A stretch of DNA of 64,000 nucleotides, taken from positions 23,622,001 through 23,686,000 of the forward strand of contig CATNEN010000001.1 of NCBI GenBank assembly GCA_950097015.1. The letters run 5' to 3'. Each line of letters opens with the position of its first letter. Positions within the stretch are counted from its first letter, which is position 1. Shown here piece by piece: positions 23,324-35,568 of the stretch. Below the pieces are notes generated by a model. That model ran no database searches and was not told the origin of the DNA. It worked only from the letters and a program-made list of their open reading frames with translations. A program made the translations under genes and the position numbers. This DNA comes from Macrostomum hystrix. Its lineage: Eukaryota; Animalia; Platyhelminthes.

Positions 23324-25419
23324 CAAAGATTATAAATACCCAAGATACGTCACTCAATGCAAAAATCTGGTTTTCGCTCTCATCACACACTTTATGCCAT
23401 AGACATTGATAGCGCTATGCACCATTTCATGAATGAATGCTACTATCTTTTATTGCCGGAATACTCATACGTGGACATTGCACACTTTTGGAGGGGTTTT
23501 TTCCCAGCCACCAATGAAGCCTGATTGTTGCACGCCTTTACTGTCTATGTCCCGAACCCCACGGCTCGTCTCGCTGTCTTACAGCCTTCCCCAAACTGAG
23601 TTCTCTTGCTGCCCTAAGTCAGGCGGTCTACTTTTGGACCATAGACATTTCGGGCGTGCACCAATCGACAAAATAATCTATTTTTTATCTATATCCGCTC
23701 CGTGAGACTGATTGTTGCACGCCCCAACTGTCTGTGGTCCAAAAGTATACAATGCCAGTGATAAACGGCTATTCGTACTGCAAAGTTTTAAACCTCGGGC
23801 GCTACGCGCCCTCGGTTAAAAACATTGCAGCACTCATAGCCGTTTATTACTATATCATTGCACAAATTGATGAATTGAACTTCATAATTTAAGTGAATTT
23901 ATATCAAATTACGCATGTGCATAGGTTGTTGCTGGCGCTAGAACTATTTCGCCTGGCAATTTTAGAAATTTTATAATTTATATTTTATAATAATTTTATA
24001 TTTACACGCATATAAAAATACGCATAGAACACGAAAAACATGGTGGGAAAAAAGTCGAGGACAGAGATGAGCAGTTCGACTTAACAAATTACAGTGCTAT
24101 AGCATAACAGCTGCCGATGAAGCTCAAAGCCTGATCCATCTTCTCTCTGAATGCATCCAGTGCAGCCGACCTAAACTGATGCTGGCTCATGCCGTGGTAC
24201 GAAGTGAAGTACGCAATCGGTTGTTTCCATGGTGCTGCTATGCCGCGTAACATTGCAACTGCTGCTTGATTTACCGGCTTCCGCTCCTGAGCAGCATTAT
24301 TGCCAGTTGACCAACCAATTATGCTGTCGGTGAGTTCATGGTAGCGTAATGAGGGGGTGAGGTGCATGGCATCCACACAGCTTTGCGAGTCGGTACCGAT
24401 CAGGCTTCCTCTCCATGCAATCACGCAACTCCGAGATGATCTTCGAGCACACGCCCTCCTGCCTAAACAGCAGTTGATTATGCCTTCTGATAGTCGCTTC
24501 TGACGGCAGACCCAAGTCTTCGGAGGCTCTTAGGTGGCGGTACGCTGCAGGGCTGTGATGGTGCAGTGCTATCGCCCTGTTCAATTTAGATCTTGTCCAT
24601 CTAAGTCCTTTCTGCTTCGTTTTTCATCGCATAGAGCTCGTACGGGCTATTGAATGGAGCCTTCTGCACTTGGTCTGTAGGTCTTTGATAGTCTTGCGCT
24701 GACGAACTATCTTGCAGCGCATAGCAGGCAGTGCCTTCAAGTCGCTAGTGCCTGAGGCAGGTTCAACCGGTGAAGGTCGCATGTCAGACCTTGATGCTTT
24801 TGCAAAGCTCTGCAGCACTGGTGGGTATAGATTGTCAGCAATGTTATCTGGCAGAGGTTCAGGATCAGGGGAGACTGGTCGTAGCAGAGGAGGAAATGAG
24901 TCGCAATCCGGTAGAGTGCTCTTCCGAAGCCTTGCTCCTGGCCTGCTTCTGCCCACTGCTTGTCTGACAAAGTCTTCGTCCCGAAAGTGAAGGCCACAAA
25001 CCTTCAGCCTGTGCTTCCTTACGAAATCCAGATTTAAATGATTCAGCTCCAAGATTGTCAGCCATTGTCAGCCATCGAAGCCATTCTTGAGCTATATCAT
25101 TCTTCGATGGAAAGCTGTGAAGCTGCACTCTTCTTCCGTCCTTCGGAGGAGCCGAGTAAACTGATGTTAAGCAGCCTCTGACGCAACAGAAGCGCGAATT
25201 TAGAGACTGCTGCATGAGAGAATTCTGGAGACGAATACTTTTCTATACTTTTCTCCTTGGTGTGCTGTGCTTTAAAAGAAAAGAAAAATTCTGGAAACGA
25301 TTATGCGAATTTGGCGATTTGTAGCTGGCCGAATGTTTGCCTATGGCATAAAGTGTGTGATGAGAGCGAAAACCTGATTTTTGCATTGAGTGACGTATCT
25401 TGGGTATTTATAATCTTTG
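23324..25419 (-). mobile_element. Internally deleted P-element-superfamily transposon, TIRs of about 80 bp, 8-bp TSD catcccgt
   Basis: TIR caaagattataaatacccaag.. is inverted at 25341-25419; identical TSD at 23316-23 and 25420-27. Confidence 0.93.
24089..25215 (-). pseudogene. THAP9/P-element transposase N-terminal half, frameshifted and truncated
   Basis: CCVRGC..LHSFP..W..VCGLHF (THAP), a coiled coil, ALHHHSPAAYRHLR..LPSEATIR, DAMHL..RYHELTDSIIG, MLRGIAAPWKQPIAYF across several frames. Confidence 0.9.
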
Positions 25420-26268
25420 CATCCCGTTCCCCCCCGTTCCTTCATATCCCTGGACCTTTAAAAATGGATAAATCATGCATGATCCATGGCAAAAAAACAT
25501 GCATGGTTCAGGCATGATTTATGCATGGGTCAGGCATGATCTATGCATGATTCATGTATGATTTATGCATGAATCATGTATGATGTATGCATGAATCATG
25601 CATGTTTTTTGAAACACATGCATAAAGTATCCATGTATTTCTCCACATCATGCATGTATGATCTATGTATTCCCTTTTCACATGCATGGCTTTTCATTGG
25701 TGCTTTGGTTATAGCGGCCGTTATACCGTATTTTATTTTCTCCGCGCAGCCCAGCTTGTACGTATAGACGCCAGCATCTTCTTTTCGATCAACGTTTCAG
25801 CTAGTTCTACTTAAGAAGTTTAATGATAATCACAAAATAACAAAGAAATGTTACACTTCGCTTGTCTGTAGACATTTTGGATTACACAATTGACGTAACA
25901 GTGGGATTTAAATCTTCCTTCAAAGATTGGACGTGTATTTTCAATTACGTTCAGAGATCGAGAGCGCCAATCAGAGAAAACCAAGTTTATCAGCTTGCTT
26001 TGACAATTCTTGCACAGAAATTTTTTCCTAATTAGAACGAAAATAGGAAATGTTTAATTAATTCCTCAGCAACAAATGGCGAATGCGGACTAATTATTCA
26101 GTTAGGACCAATGAAGAAATAACTAGTGACTAATTATATAAAATTTCTAAAACTACAATTTTATACTACTATACGCGTACTTCTATACTACATTTCTACT
26201 ACTATTTTATACTTCCATACTACAAATAGCATACTGGACAACTGGACTTCATGCAACTGGATTTGCTT

Positions 26269-27267
26269 TTACGAATCATGCCTTCCGTGTTCGGTCGTGG
26301 CTGCTTTAGCTCGTCGTTTGTTCTCCCGGGCCACTTGGTTCAAGTTGTTTTTTATTGTCGCCCAGACGTCCGGTAGTCGCTCAATCGACACCGTGAAGCA
26401 CTTCCGAAGAAGTCCTGTGAACAGATGTAGGCCATAGCGAAATCACATTTACACTAAGAAATATCAAATCGTGTAGCCATTACCAGGTGCCTTGTTCTAT
26501 GTTGCATGTTCTATGAAAGTACGCTCGTACATGATTGACGATGATGGAAACAATATAAACTGCAAATATTTACTCACGTTGCAACTCCTCTACGTGAGAA
26601 GCAGGTGATTGCTGCCTGTCAGTTCGATTGCCACAACGTGAATCGATAATATATCGCGAAAAATAATCGGGACCGAATCGTAGCCGAATATAGGTGCGGA
26701 TGAACTCTGTCGGATTCGTTGACGCAAACGAAGACAGCTTGACGTTTGCCCCAGTGATTGACACAAATGTCTGAATCAAAGTGGTGAAAAAACTATGAGT
26801 AGCGTGCTAGTATAACTGAAAAGATACTTCATTATATATACCTCATCTTCGTAGTTTCTGCTCGTGACATTGTCAGGGCCGGTTCCACGAGCTCGAATTC
26901 GAGCCGTCAGCCGACGCTCCATGTTGGAGAGTTCAGTCTTAAAATATGTCTTCAGTTCGTCTAAAAGGACAAGGCAGTGTATTGTGGACACGTCAAAAAC
27001 TGCCTTGAACGTTGTCTGAACGTCTGAACGTTAGTCAGATTTAGTTTTGAGAAATGCTTTGAACAATGCTTTGAGAAACATAACTTCATACGAGCCCATA
27101 CCTGAGTATTGTGCATTGAATGCTTCGATGATCGAATCAGTGTTGTCACACTCGCTAGCTAAATGCTCAACTATGTCTCCTGCTTTTTGAATTAGATTTT
27201 TCCCTCCACGACAGGCAAGTCGAGCCGGAAAAATCTTGCGGTTCATATGCAGAAAGACTCGTTCGCC
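26269..27267 (-). CDS. Spliced transposon accessory gene (5'-truncated) with a BEN-domain-like C-terminus; exons 27267-27102, 27023-26842, 26770-26578, 26414-26269
   Basis: Three GT-AG introns keep one open frame ending ..STNPTEFIRTYIRLRFGPDYFSRY..EELQRLLRKCF..VWATIKNNLNQVARENKRR.. Confidence 0.65.
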
Positions 27268-27299
27268 CTAAAAGCATAAATTAACAGATCCCTTTAGCA

Positions 27300-28571
27300 T
27301 TAAAAATTGCTGGTGATAAAAATGCGAACATGACCTTTCTCTGAGACCTTTAGTGTCTCTCCAGGATGCAAGCATTTTGGACAACCAAAAGATCCATTGA
27401 ATTGGTGAATTTTGAAAATTTGTGCTAACGCTGGTAGATCGGCCATGAAAAACGATAAGTGAATGATGACAGGACGTTGTCCGTGAGTAAACTTTCTGCT
27501 CAGGCGTGAAAATAAAATAGGCAAAATTTTTTCAAAGTCCGGCTTTTTCGCGCTCTCGATCATCGCAAGCAAGACAATATTCGCAAATGCCTGTCTATCG
27601 GTAGGACTTATGTTTAGGATCTGAGCCTGAACAGGCCAAAAAGACTTCTCAGTGCTTTTCACGAATTTTGCCCCATCAGCACAGACGAGGAGATGGACAT
27701 GGCTGCATTCGTCGGAAGACCTCTCCAACCGTTCATCAAAAGCCGATGCACTGTTAAGAACGTCGCTTCCAGGATTCTTTAACAAATGATATTCATATTC
27801 GATAAATTGAGCAAACATTCTACTCATGATATCTTTGACTTGAGTGCTGAGCGATGGTACAACAACTTGACTGCGATGTGCATGTGCACATGCGACACAT
27901 TCTGTGGGGCAAATCTGACAAACATAAAACTTTTCCACCGCTACAATACTACCTAGATCGATAGAGAAACGCTTGTCTATTATTCGATGGAGCGCCTGCA
28001 CGTTTGGTGGCAAGTTGTTTCCATTTCCCATAATTTTCTGCAGTCGAAGATTTACATCTAGCGCGGCCTCACTGACACCGGACATGACGGCCCACAGGTA
28101 CGTCAGTGCAGCACGAGTAGCATCATCTTCGATTCCAGTAACAAATGGTACTTGAGGGTCACCCTCATCCTCAAAGCAGTCAGCAGCTCCGCAATTACCG
28201 GCAGATGGGGTGTCATTTGGCACACAGTCCTCGTTCAGTGCATCGCCTTGGGTGCCACAAGCAGAAAGAAGATCACTTGGTGTGCCGCCATCATCAATTG
28301 CATCGCTCTGGGTGCCACAAGCAGAAAGAAAATCACTTGGTGTGCCGCCATCATCAATTGCATCGCTCTGGGTGCCACAAGCAGAAAGAAGATCACTTGG
28401 TGTGCCGCCATCATCAATTGCATCGCTCTGGGTGCCACAAGTAGAAAGAAGATCACTTGGTGTGCCGCCATCATCAATTGCATCGCTCTGGGTGCCACCA
28501 GCAGAAAGGGGTGTGCCACCCTCATCATCGGCGTCACTCTGCATGGTTTCCACCAGCAGAATGGATGTCAC
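27300..28571 (-). pseudogene. EnSpm/Tnp2-like transposase, N-terminal half
   Basis: ADGAKFVKS..SFWPVQ..N..KKPDF..ADLPA..QFNGSFGCPKC..GHVR; ends abruptly after the CxxC. Confidence 0.85.
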
Positions 28572-29008
28572 ACTGAGCTTGTGATTTTGACTTGATGAAT
28601 GATGGCTGAAAAGAGTTATCAGGCAACTTTACTTAGTTGAAGTAAAGGGACACTGTATTAGAACTACAGTTATTGTTGAAGCCTAGATCTGAATTTGAGT
28701 GGTATATTATTCCATTGTATTGTTAAGGATTGAAAGGGGATTTAACAAGTTTAAGAACTCATAAGCTCAAAACTGCACAAGCCCAAAGCTTCCAAAACTT
28801 GAAACTTCATAAGCTTAAAATTTCAGAAAGCTGAATTTTAATTACCTTAAAAGAGTAAAAGCATTGTAACATTGCAACCTTGTAACATTTAATTAGAGAT
28901 GTAATGAATCCCAGCTTTTTCATCCAAAAGTTTTTAGCATACCAAATCAAAAATACAAAACACTTGAATTTTCAATGTCATAGATTACAAAGCAATGGTA
29001 TATAGGAT

Positions 29009-29451
29009 GGTAGTTGTTATTTGTCCGGTTAACCGGACAAATAGCCATTTGATTATTCGTCCGGTTAACCGGTTAACCACCCAAGGACTTAATTTCTCCC
29101 CTTTCAATAAGCAGGAGCAATGATCCTCCCAAAGACCACTCTTGCCCTGCTAATAGCCATCTTGAGTCTTTGACCTCACAAAGACCAAACTATACCCTTG
29201 AACTAAGTTAGTCCCTGAAACAACCAAATTTCTGGAAAAGGTTTTAATTTTTTTAATTAGTTGATAAACAAAAATAATTTGAGACACAAACTTCAAACCT
29301 GAATGACTATTGTTTTGCAGCTTGTTAATTATTTTATCTTACAAGTGATAGAGGTTCTCGTGGTAGCGCTATACAACCCCTACAACCTTGGTTAACCAGA
29401 CGAATAATCAAACGGCTATTTGTCCAGTTAACTGGACAAATAACAACTGCC
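29009..29451. mobile_element. Mutator-like MITE A, 9-bp TSD atataggat
   Basis: TIR ggtagttgttatttgtcc.. / ..ggacaaataacaactgcc; TSD at 29000-08 and 29452-60. Confidence 0.9.
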
Positions 29452-29486
29452 ATATAGGATATTTATGAAGTTTGTCATAAAAATAT

Positions 29487-30084
29487 GGCAGTGCTTATCC
29501 CCACGGTACCGTAGAAATAATTTTTGTCTTATTCCTACGGTACCGTGGGAATAATTTCCTGCTTATCCGCACGGCACACTGACGAGATAGCTGTCCTATC
29601 TTCAACATATTCCGTGGGAATAATTTCCTGCTTATCCGCACGGCACACTGACAAGATAGCTGTCCTATCATCTATCTTTTTATCATGACTGCAATTTTCC
29701 TTTTTTTCTTCCGGTTTTTAAAAGCAAGTAAACAAATTAAAGTTTTCTGCTTTTTTTCGCAATTAGTTAACCAATACAGTGGCTTTTTTAAGTATATAAA
29801 ATATATATTTCTATTATTTATATATTCAAAAGAATACAACTGAAGTGTGTATTTTTCTAATCTTATAGCTCAAGCCTTCTAAGTCTATAATCCAGTCTAT
29901 TACTTTATTCTAGGCCAAGTTAAAATAGGTCCATTAAAAATGTCTGACAGTGCCAACGGAATATGTTGAAGATAGGACAGCTATCTCGTCAGTGTGCCGT
30001 GCGGATAAGCAGGAAATTATTCCCACGGTACCGTAGGAATAAGACAAAAATTATTTCCACGGTACCGTGGGGATAAGCACTGCC
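29487..30084. mobile_element. Mutator-like MITE B1, 9-bp TSD taaaaatat
   Basis: Long TIR ggcagtgcttatccccacggtac..; TSD at 29478-86 and 30085-93. Confidence 0.93.
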
Positions 30085-30356
30085 TAAAAATATACCCTAT
30101 GTTGTGTCAGATTTGGATTACAACAAACCACCATCATTGTAGAAGTTCAAAAGTAGTTGATCTACTACCACGAAAGTTCAAATTAGAAAGTTCAAAGTTG
30201 CTTAATATGGAAGATAATTAGAGGGGATAATAATATGACACCCAGTAGAGAAAGTTGCTAAGCACATTGCAAGGATATAGATTGTGCCACAGAGTGACAG
30301 AAATTCATGCAAATGAGTTTCAGATAGGGCATGTCTTGTCCCATACATTTTGGGAA

Positions 30357-30889
30357 GGCAGTGCTTATCCCCACGGTACTGTAGAAATAATTTTTGTCTT
30401 ATTCCTACGGTACAGTGGGAATAATTTCCTACTTATCTGCATGGCACACTGACGAGATAGCTGTCCTATCTTCAACATATTCCGTGGGAATAATTTCCTA
30501 CTTATCCGCACGGCACACTGACGAGATAGCTGTCCTATCATCTATCTTTTTTAGGCCCTATCATGACTGCAATTTTCCTTTTTTTTCTTCCGGTTTTTAA
30601 AAGCAAGTAAACAAATTAAAGTTTACTGTTTTTTTTCGCAAGTAGTTACCCAATACAGTGGCTTTTTTAAGTATATAAAATATATATTTCTATTATTTAT
30701 ATATTCAAAAGAATACAACTGAAGTGTGTATTTTTCTAATCTTATAGCTCAAGCCTTCTAAGTCTATAATCCAGTCTATTACTTTATTCTAGGCCAAGTT
30801 AAAATAGGTCCATAAAAAATGTCTGACAGTGCCAACAGAATATGTTGAAGATAAATTATTTCCACGGTACCATGGGGATAAGCACTGCC
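30357..30889. mobile_element. Mutator-like MITE B2 (same family as B1), 9-bp TSD ttttgggaa
   Basis: Near-identical body to B1 with a deletion in the right TIR; TSD at 30348-56 and 30890-98. Confidence 0.93.
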
Positions 30890-31846
30890 TTTTGGGAAAC
30901 TTCCCCTTGCAATAGGCCTACACCCATGTTACATCAATAGTATTCATACAGTTGGGTCCTGTACTCCTGGAGGTCCCCAAAGTGGAGCTGGTAGTTCATG
31001 GACACAAATTGAAATACAAAACAATTCAACAAATGAAACCATAGGTTCCTAGCAAGACTATTGAGAAGTGATTAGCTATTACTTAGTAGCCAATAGCTTT
31101 GGACTAGCTATTTGAATAAGTATCAAAAATATAATTTACACAATATTGTTCAAACGAACAAACTGAATATAGATTTTAAGACTAATTACACCATGCCTGT
31201 ACGCACTAGTAATCAGCTACTGCCAACTGGCACATGGGGATTATTGAGATTCGTGCAGAGCTAGTAAAAATTGACTGATCAATAATTGAATGCAGCGTAT
31301 ACACGATTTAAAATCTTAATGCATTTGTAGCTTACTCAAACAAACGGGTCTTAAATAAGAAGCACAGAATCTAAGTAAAGCCGCAGATTAAGACTGTCCT
31401 GCAGTTTCTGGAAAATTTGTGTATATTACACACCGTTTGTTTTTGTGTAAGCCTAATTCAGGAGATAGTGGTGAAATCATTAAGTTCCTACATCATGCAT
31501 GAGTTATCGTGTTTCGTCTTCCACATGCATGTTTTTACCTGTACCGAACCAATCATGCATGTTCTATCAATGTTTTTTCTAAAACATTTGATAGACTCAA
31601 CAAAGGCCCACGGTAGGATGTAGTAAGGCCTTGTGCGAGTGAAAGCGTTAAAAAAAGTAAATTAAATTTGCAAATTTTCAAATTTTTACAAGCATGTATT
31701 ATCCATGTATACATGGATCATGCATGTTTTTACAATGAAAAAAGGTCCTAGGTATTGGCTCGTGACTGCCATAGAAAAACTCGTTTTCGCCCCCTCTGAA
31801 AGAAATATCATGGACTATGTGACTATAATGCCAGTGGAAACCGCAT

Positions 31847-32462
31847 TTAATCCCCAGCTTGGCCCGGCCTATTGGCTATTAATTCTGTGCATTTATTATT
31901 TAATCGGCCTAGGCCATTAAATGATTTAACGGCCTAGGCCGATTAAACATATAGTCTATGGTCACAGTTGCTGTAAACAGTTTTAGGTTTGCAATCTCGT
32001 GAGCCGGGCCCAGCTTTAGGATTAAATACTATAATACCCCCCTGAAATCGTTGTCTATGGCCTTGGAACGGCTTCGGACTGCGCTTCTGGGCCTCGGCTT
32101 CGCCTCGGCCAAGAAATGCGTCCTCAGCCTTTCCTAGGCCAAAGAAACGAAATCAGGGGGGTATTATTCTATACTTAATCCCCAGCTTGGCCCGGCCTAT
32201 TGGCTATTAGTTCTATGTCCTAGGCCGATTAAACATATAGTAGTCTATGGTCACAGTTGCTGTAAACAGTTTTAGTAGTGCAATCTCGGGAGCCGGGCCA
32301 AGCTTTAAGATTAAATACTATAATACCCCCTGAACTCGTTGTCTATGGCCTAGGAACGGCTTCGGACTGCGCTTCTGAGCCTCGGCTTCGCCTTGGGCCA
32401 AGAAACGCGTCCTCAGCCGTTCGTAGGCCAAAGAAACGAAATCAGGGGGGATTATTCTATAC
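31847..32462. repeat. Tandem duplication of about 300 bp, each copy with a palindrome of about 135 bp
   Basis: ccccagcttggcccggcctattggc..atcaggggg occurs twice. Confidence 0.9.
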
Positions 32463-34622
32463 GTAAGGCTTGGAGCAAAATATTCATTCTGCGTCCCTCT
32501 GTATATTAGGTCAAGTCATAAGATTTTATCTAAATCCTGTCAATGATACAATTCGGTATATTTTACAGTTTATATACAAAAGTCGTTCCGTACAAAGAAA
32601 ACAATATGTGAAGAAAATAGCAAACGGGACAGCCAAAGGGAACAGAAAATACTTATATTCATGGAAAATAAGAGGCAGCACTGAATTCTGCTGAAAAAAC
32701 ATGAAACATTAAATTTAACTAATTGCTGTCAGTTCATGCAGTAACTCTTAGCAACTACGGGAACTAAAATGCATGCGATTCTGGCAGCGAAGGGCATCTC
32801 AGCTTAGCTGAGCTACACTAGAAACTAATACTCTGAAAAGCATATTTTGATGCATGCTCTTAATACGCAAGGATATTACTTTCAGAGGGGGACGAAATCG
32901 AGTTCGTCTATGGCAGTCACGAGCCCATAGGAAGGAACGGGGGGAACGGGATGTTAAAAGTGAAGATCGAGCAAAACAAAAATAGCCGGCTTAGATTGGC
33001 ACTCCATTCTATTCTTTCGGCCTCCATGGTCACGGTCATTTATTCTAACAAATGCCAATGCCAAGGTAGACAAGTGTAATTGTGGGTGAAATTGCTTGCT
33101 GTACATTCGCTTGATGACCTCGCTGAGAATGGACAGTGCGCCGTACGCGCTGACCTCGACGACCACGACGCTGCGTTCTTCGAGTCTAAATGTTGAATTC
33201 ATGAGTTTCGTCCAGATAAATTATATGAACTCATATCAAGAGCCATCAGTTATTCTGCAAACTCCTGCCTTCTCGCAACCGTCTGCAGGCTGTTGCGTAT
33301 CATTGGAATATGAGCGTCTCTACCAAGAACTTTTGTGTTGTTTATAAATGCGTAACTTTTTCAATTTACGCATATTAAAATGAGTGCTGCGATAAAGAAA
33401 CTGCAAAGTCTTCGGCACGTAGTCCAACGACTAATTCAGCCTACATTATAGGAGTTTGAAGTGATTCATCGCAGCAGTCATTTTAATACCCCAAAATACC
33501 AGTATTAAGTTGTAGTTATTCCACAATAATATAATAATTTGTTAAATTTTGTCCTTTTTATACCAAGTTGAGTCTAATGGTAAAAATATTAGCACCGTTT
33601 TAAAATGTACTGTAAAGGTGATTTTTTATCCACGGGATCACTGGATCACGGTATTGCCCATCAATCCATCATTACATATTGTAAACTGCCTGCGCCATTG
33701 GCAGGAAATTTGAAGGAAATTAGTGTTTCTTTAAGTCAATATATTTTTGGCAATCTGGCAAAGTTGCTGTTGCTCGAAGGCTTGCACGTGAATAAAATAA
33801 AATTTTATAAAATAACATTTGTATAATTAATAAAATATTTAGCAATTGTATCTAAATGGTATCGTTATTCTTATTCATTATATTCATTAACTGTATGTCT
33901 ACATAGCTATTTATTGCAAAACTAGAATTAAGAAAAATGATTATAATTTATAAGCCCAGTATAATAAATACATCAAGGCTGAATACAGTCTATATTATTA
34001 ATTAAGTATCACCACAATTTATATTTGTTGTGACTATTTTATTATTATTATTATCATAAGCTTTTCTTGAATGTATCAATAATTCTATTCTAGACCCGTT
34101 ACTAGGATCAATGGTTTGAAAATGTTTATTTGTTTTGTTATATTTATTTGTTTTTAGCACAAAATATTATTTTAAAAAGAATTCTTTTTGCAGTAAACTT
34201 TATGTCTTAAATTATAGTTTAAGCAATCCCAAGTAAAAAAATAATTTTATTTTTCTTTAGTTATTTTCTTATGATCTTACTCTTAGCAAAAGTATGATAT
34301 CAATAACAATTTTGTCATAAACTATTGTGTCAATTTTTTAAAGTTTTTCTAGGCTATATAGTTTTTTAAGTGTACAATGTTTTATCATAATTCAAATTTC
34401 AAAGAAGTACTTAGCTGTTCAACTATTTTTCATAGGCATTAGTCCATAGCTATAATGGCTTTATTAAATATTGCTAGAATAACCACATAAGACTTACAAA
34501 TCTACGAAGTGAGTTAAAAAATTAGTCAAATGCTTAAATTCATAAATGTTAATATATTTGTAGCTTGTTATATAAAATATGAAGATGAAAAATATTCAAT
34601 GCCAAATAAATAAATATATTAT

Positions 34623-35504
34623 GTCACTCCCTCAGACCTAAGTCAGTCACTCCCTCAGCCATGATTCATTTACTACCTCATCCTCAATCAGTCACACCCT
34701 CAGCCCTGATTCAGTCACTCCCTCAGCCCTGATTCAGTCACTCCCTCAGACCCAATTCAGTCACTCCCTCAGACCTGATTCAGTCACTCCCTCAGACCTG
34801 ATTCAGTCACTCCCTCAGACCTGATTCAGTCACTCCCTCAGACCTGATTCAGTCACTCCATCAGACCTGATTCAGTCACTCCCCCAGACCTGATTCAGTC
34901 ACTCCCTCAGTCCTGATTCAGTCACTCCCTCAGCCCTGATTCAGTCACTCCCTCAGCCCTGATTCAGTCACTCCCTCAGACCTGATTCAGTCACTCCCTC
35001 AGACCTGATTTAGTCACTCCCTCAGACCTGATTCAGTCACTCCATCAGACCTGATTCAGTCACTCCCCCAGACCTGATTCAGTCACTCCCTCAGACCTGA
35101 TTCAGTCACTCCCTCAGCCCTGATTCAGTCACTCCCTCAGCCCTGATTCAGTCACTCCCTCAGACCTGATTCAGTCACTCCCTCAGACCTGATTCAGTCA
35201 CTCCCTCAGACCTGATTCAGTCACTCCCCCAGACCTGATTCAGTCACTCCCTCAGACCTGATTCAGTCACTCCCTCAGACCTGATTCAGTCACTCCCTCA
35301 GCTCTGATTCAGTCTCTACTTCATTCTGATTCAGTCTCTCCTTCAGACCTGATTCAGTCACTTCCTCAGACCTGATTCAGTCACTCCCTCAGACCTGATT
35401 CAGTCACTCCCTCAGACCTGATTCAGTCACTCCCTCAGACCTGATTCAGTCACTCCCTCAGCTCTGATTCAGTCTCTACTTCATTCTGATTCAGTCTCTC
35501 CCTC
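34623..35504. repeat. 23-bp minisatellite (attcagtcactccctcagacctg)
   Basis: Tandem copies ending about 60 bp before a splice acceptor. Confidence 0.97.
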
Positions 35505-35568
35505 AATGGTCAATCAGCCAGCCAAAGACATGTCTTTACACTAGCCAAAACGTGATTTTAAATTTCAG

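Larger units (their letters stand above)
25448..31752 (-). mobile_element. EnSpm/CACTA (CMC)-type DNA transposon, internally deleted, 3-bp TSD tat
   Basis: Termini ccctggaccttt / aaaggtcctagg, catgcatg subterminal repeats at both ends, tat on both sides; the empty site is seen in the outer element's right TIR. Confidence 0.85.
23261..33028. mobile_element. Outer non-autonomous P-like element (CATGGAG..CTCCATG), 8-bp TSD, about 1.36 kb once insertions are removed
   Basis: Flanks gtcatggt (23253-60) and gtcacggt (33029-36). The right TIR 32872-33028 matches a left TIR split into 23261-23323, 25428-25447 and 31756-31810. Confidence 0.8.

Noticed and set aside
33096-33350. GC-rich patch with short ORFs as the missing USP38-like first exon
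   Set aside because: No ATG-plus-donor combination in phase with 35569 was found.
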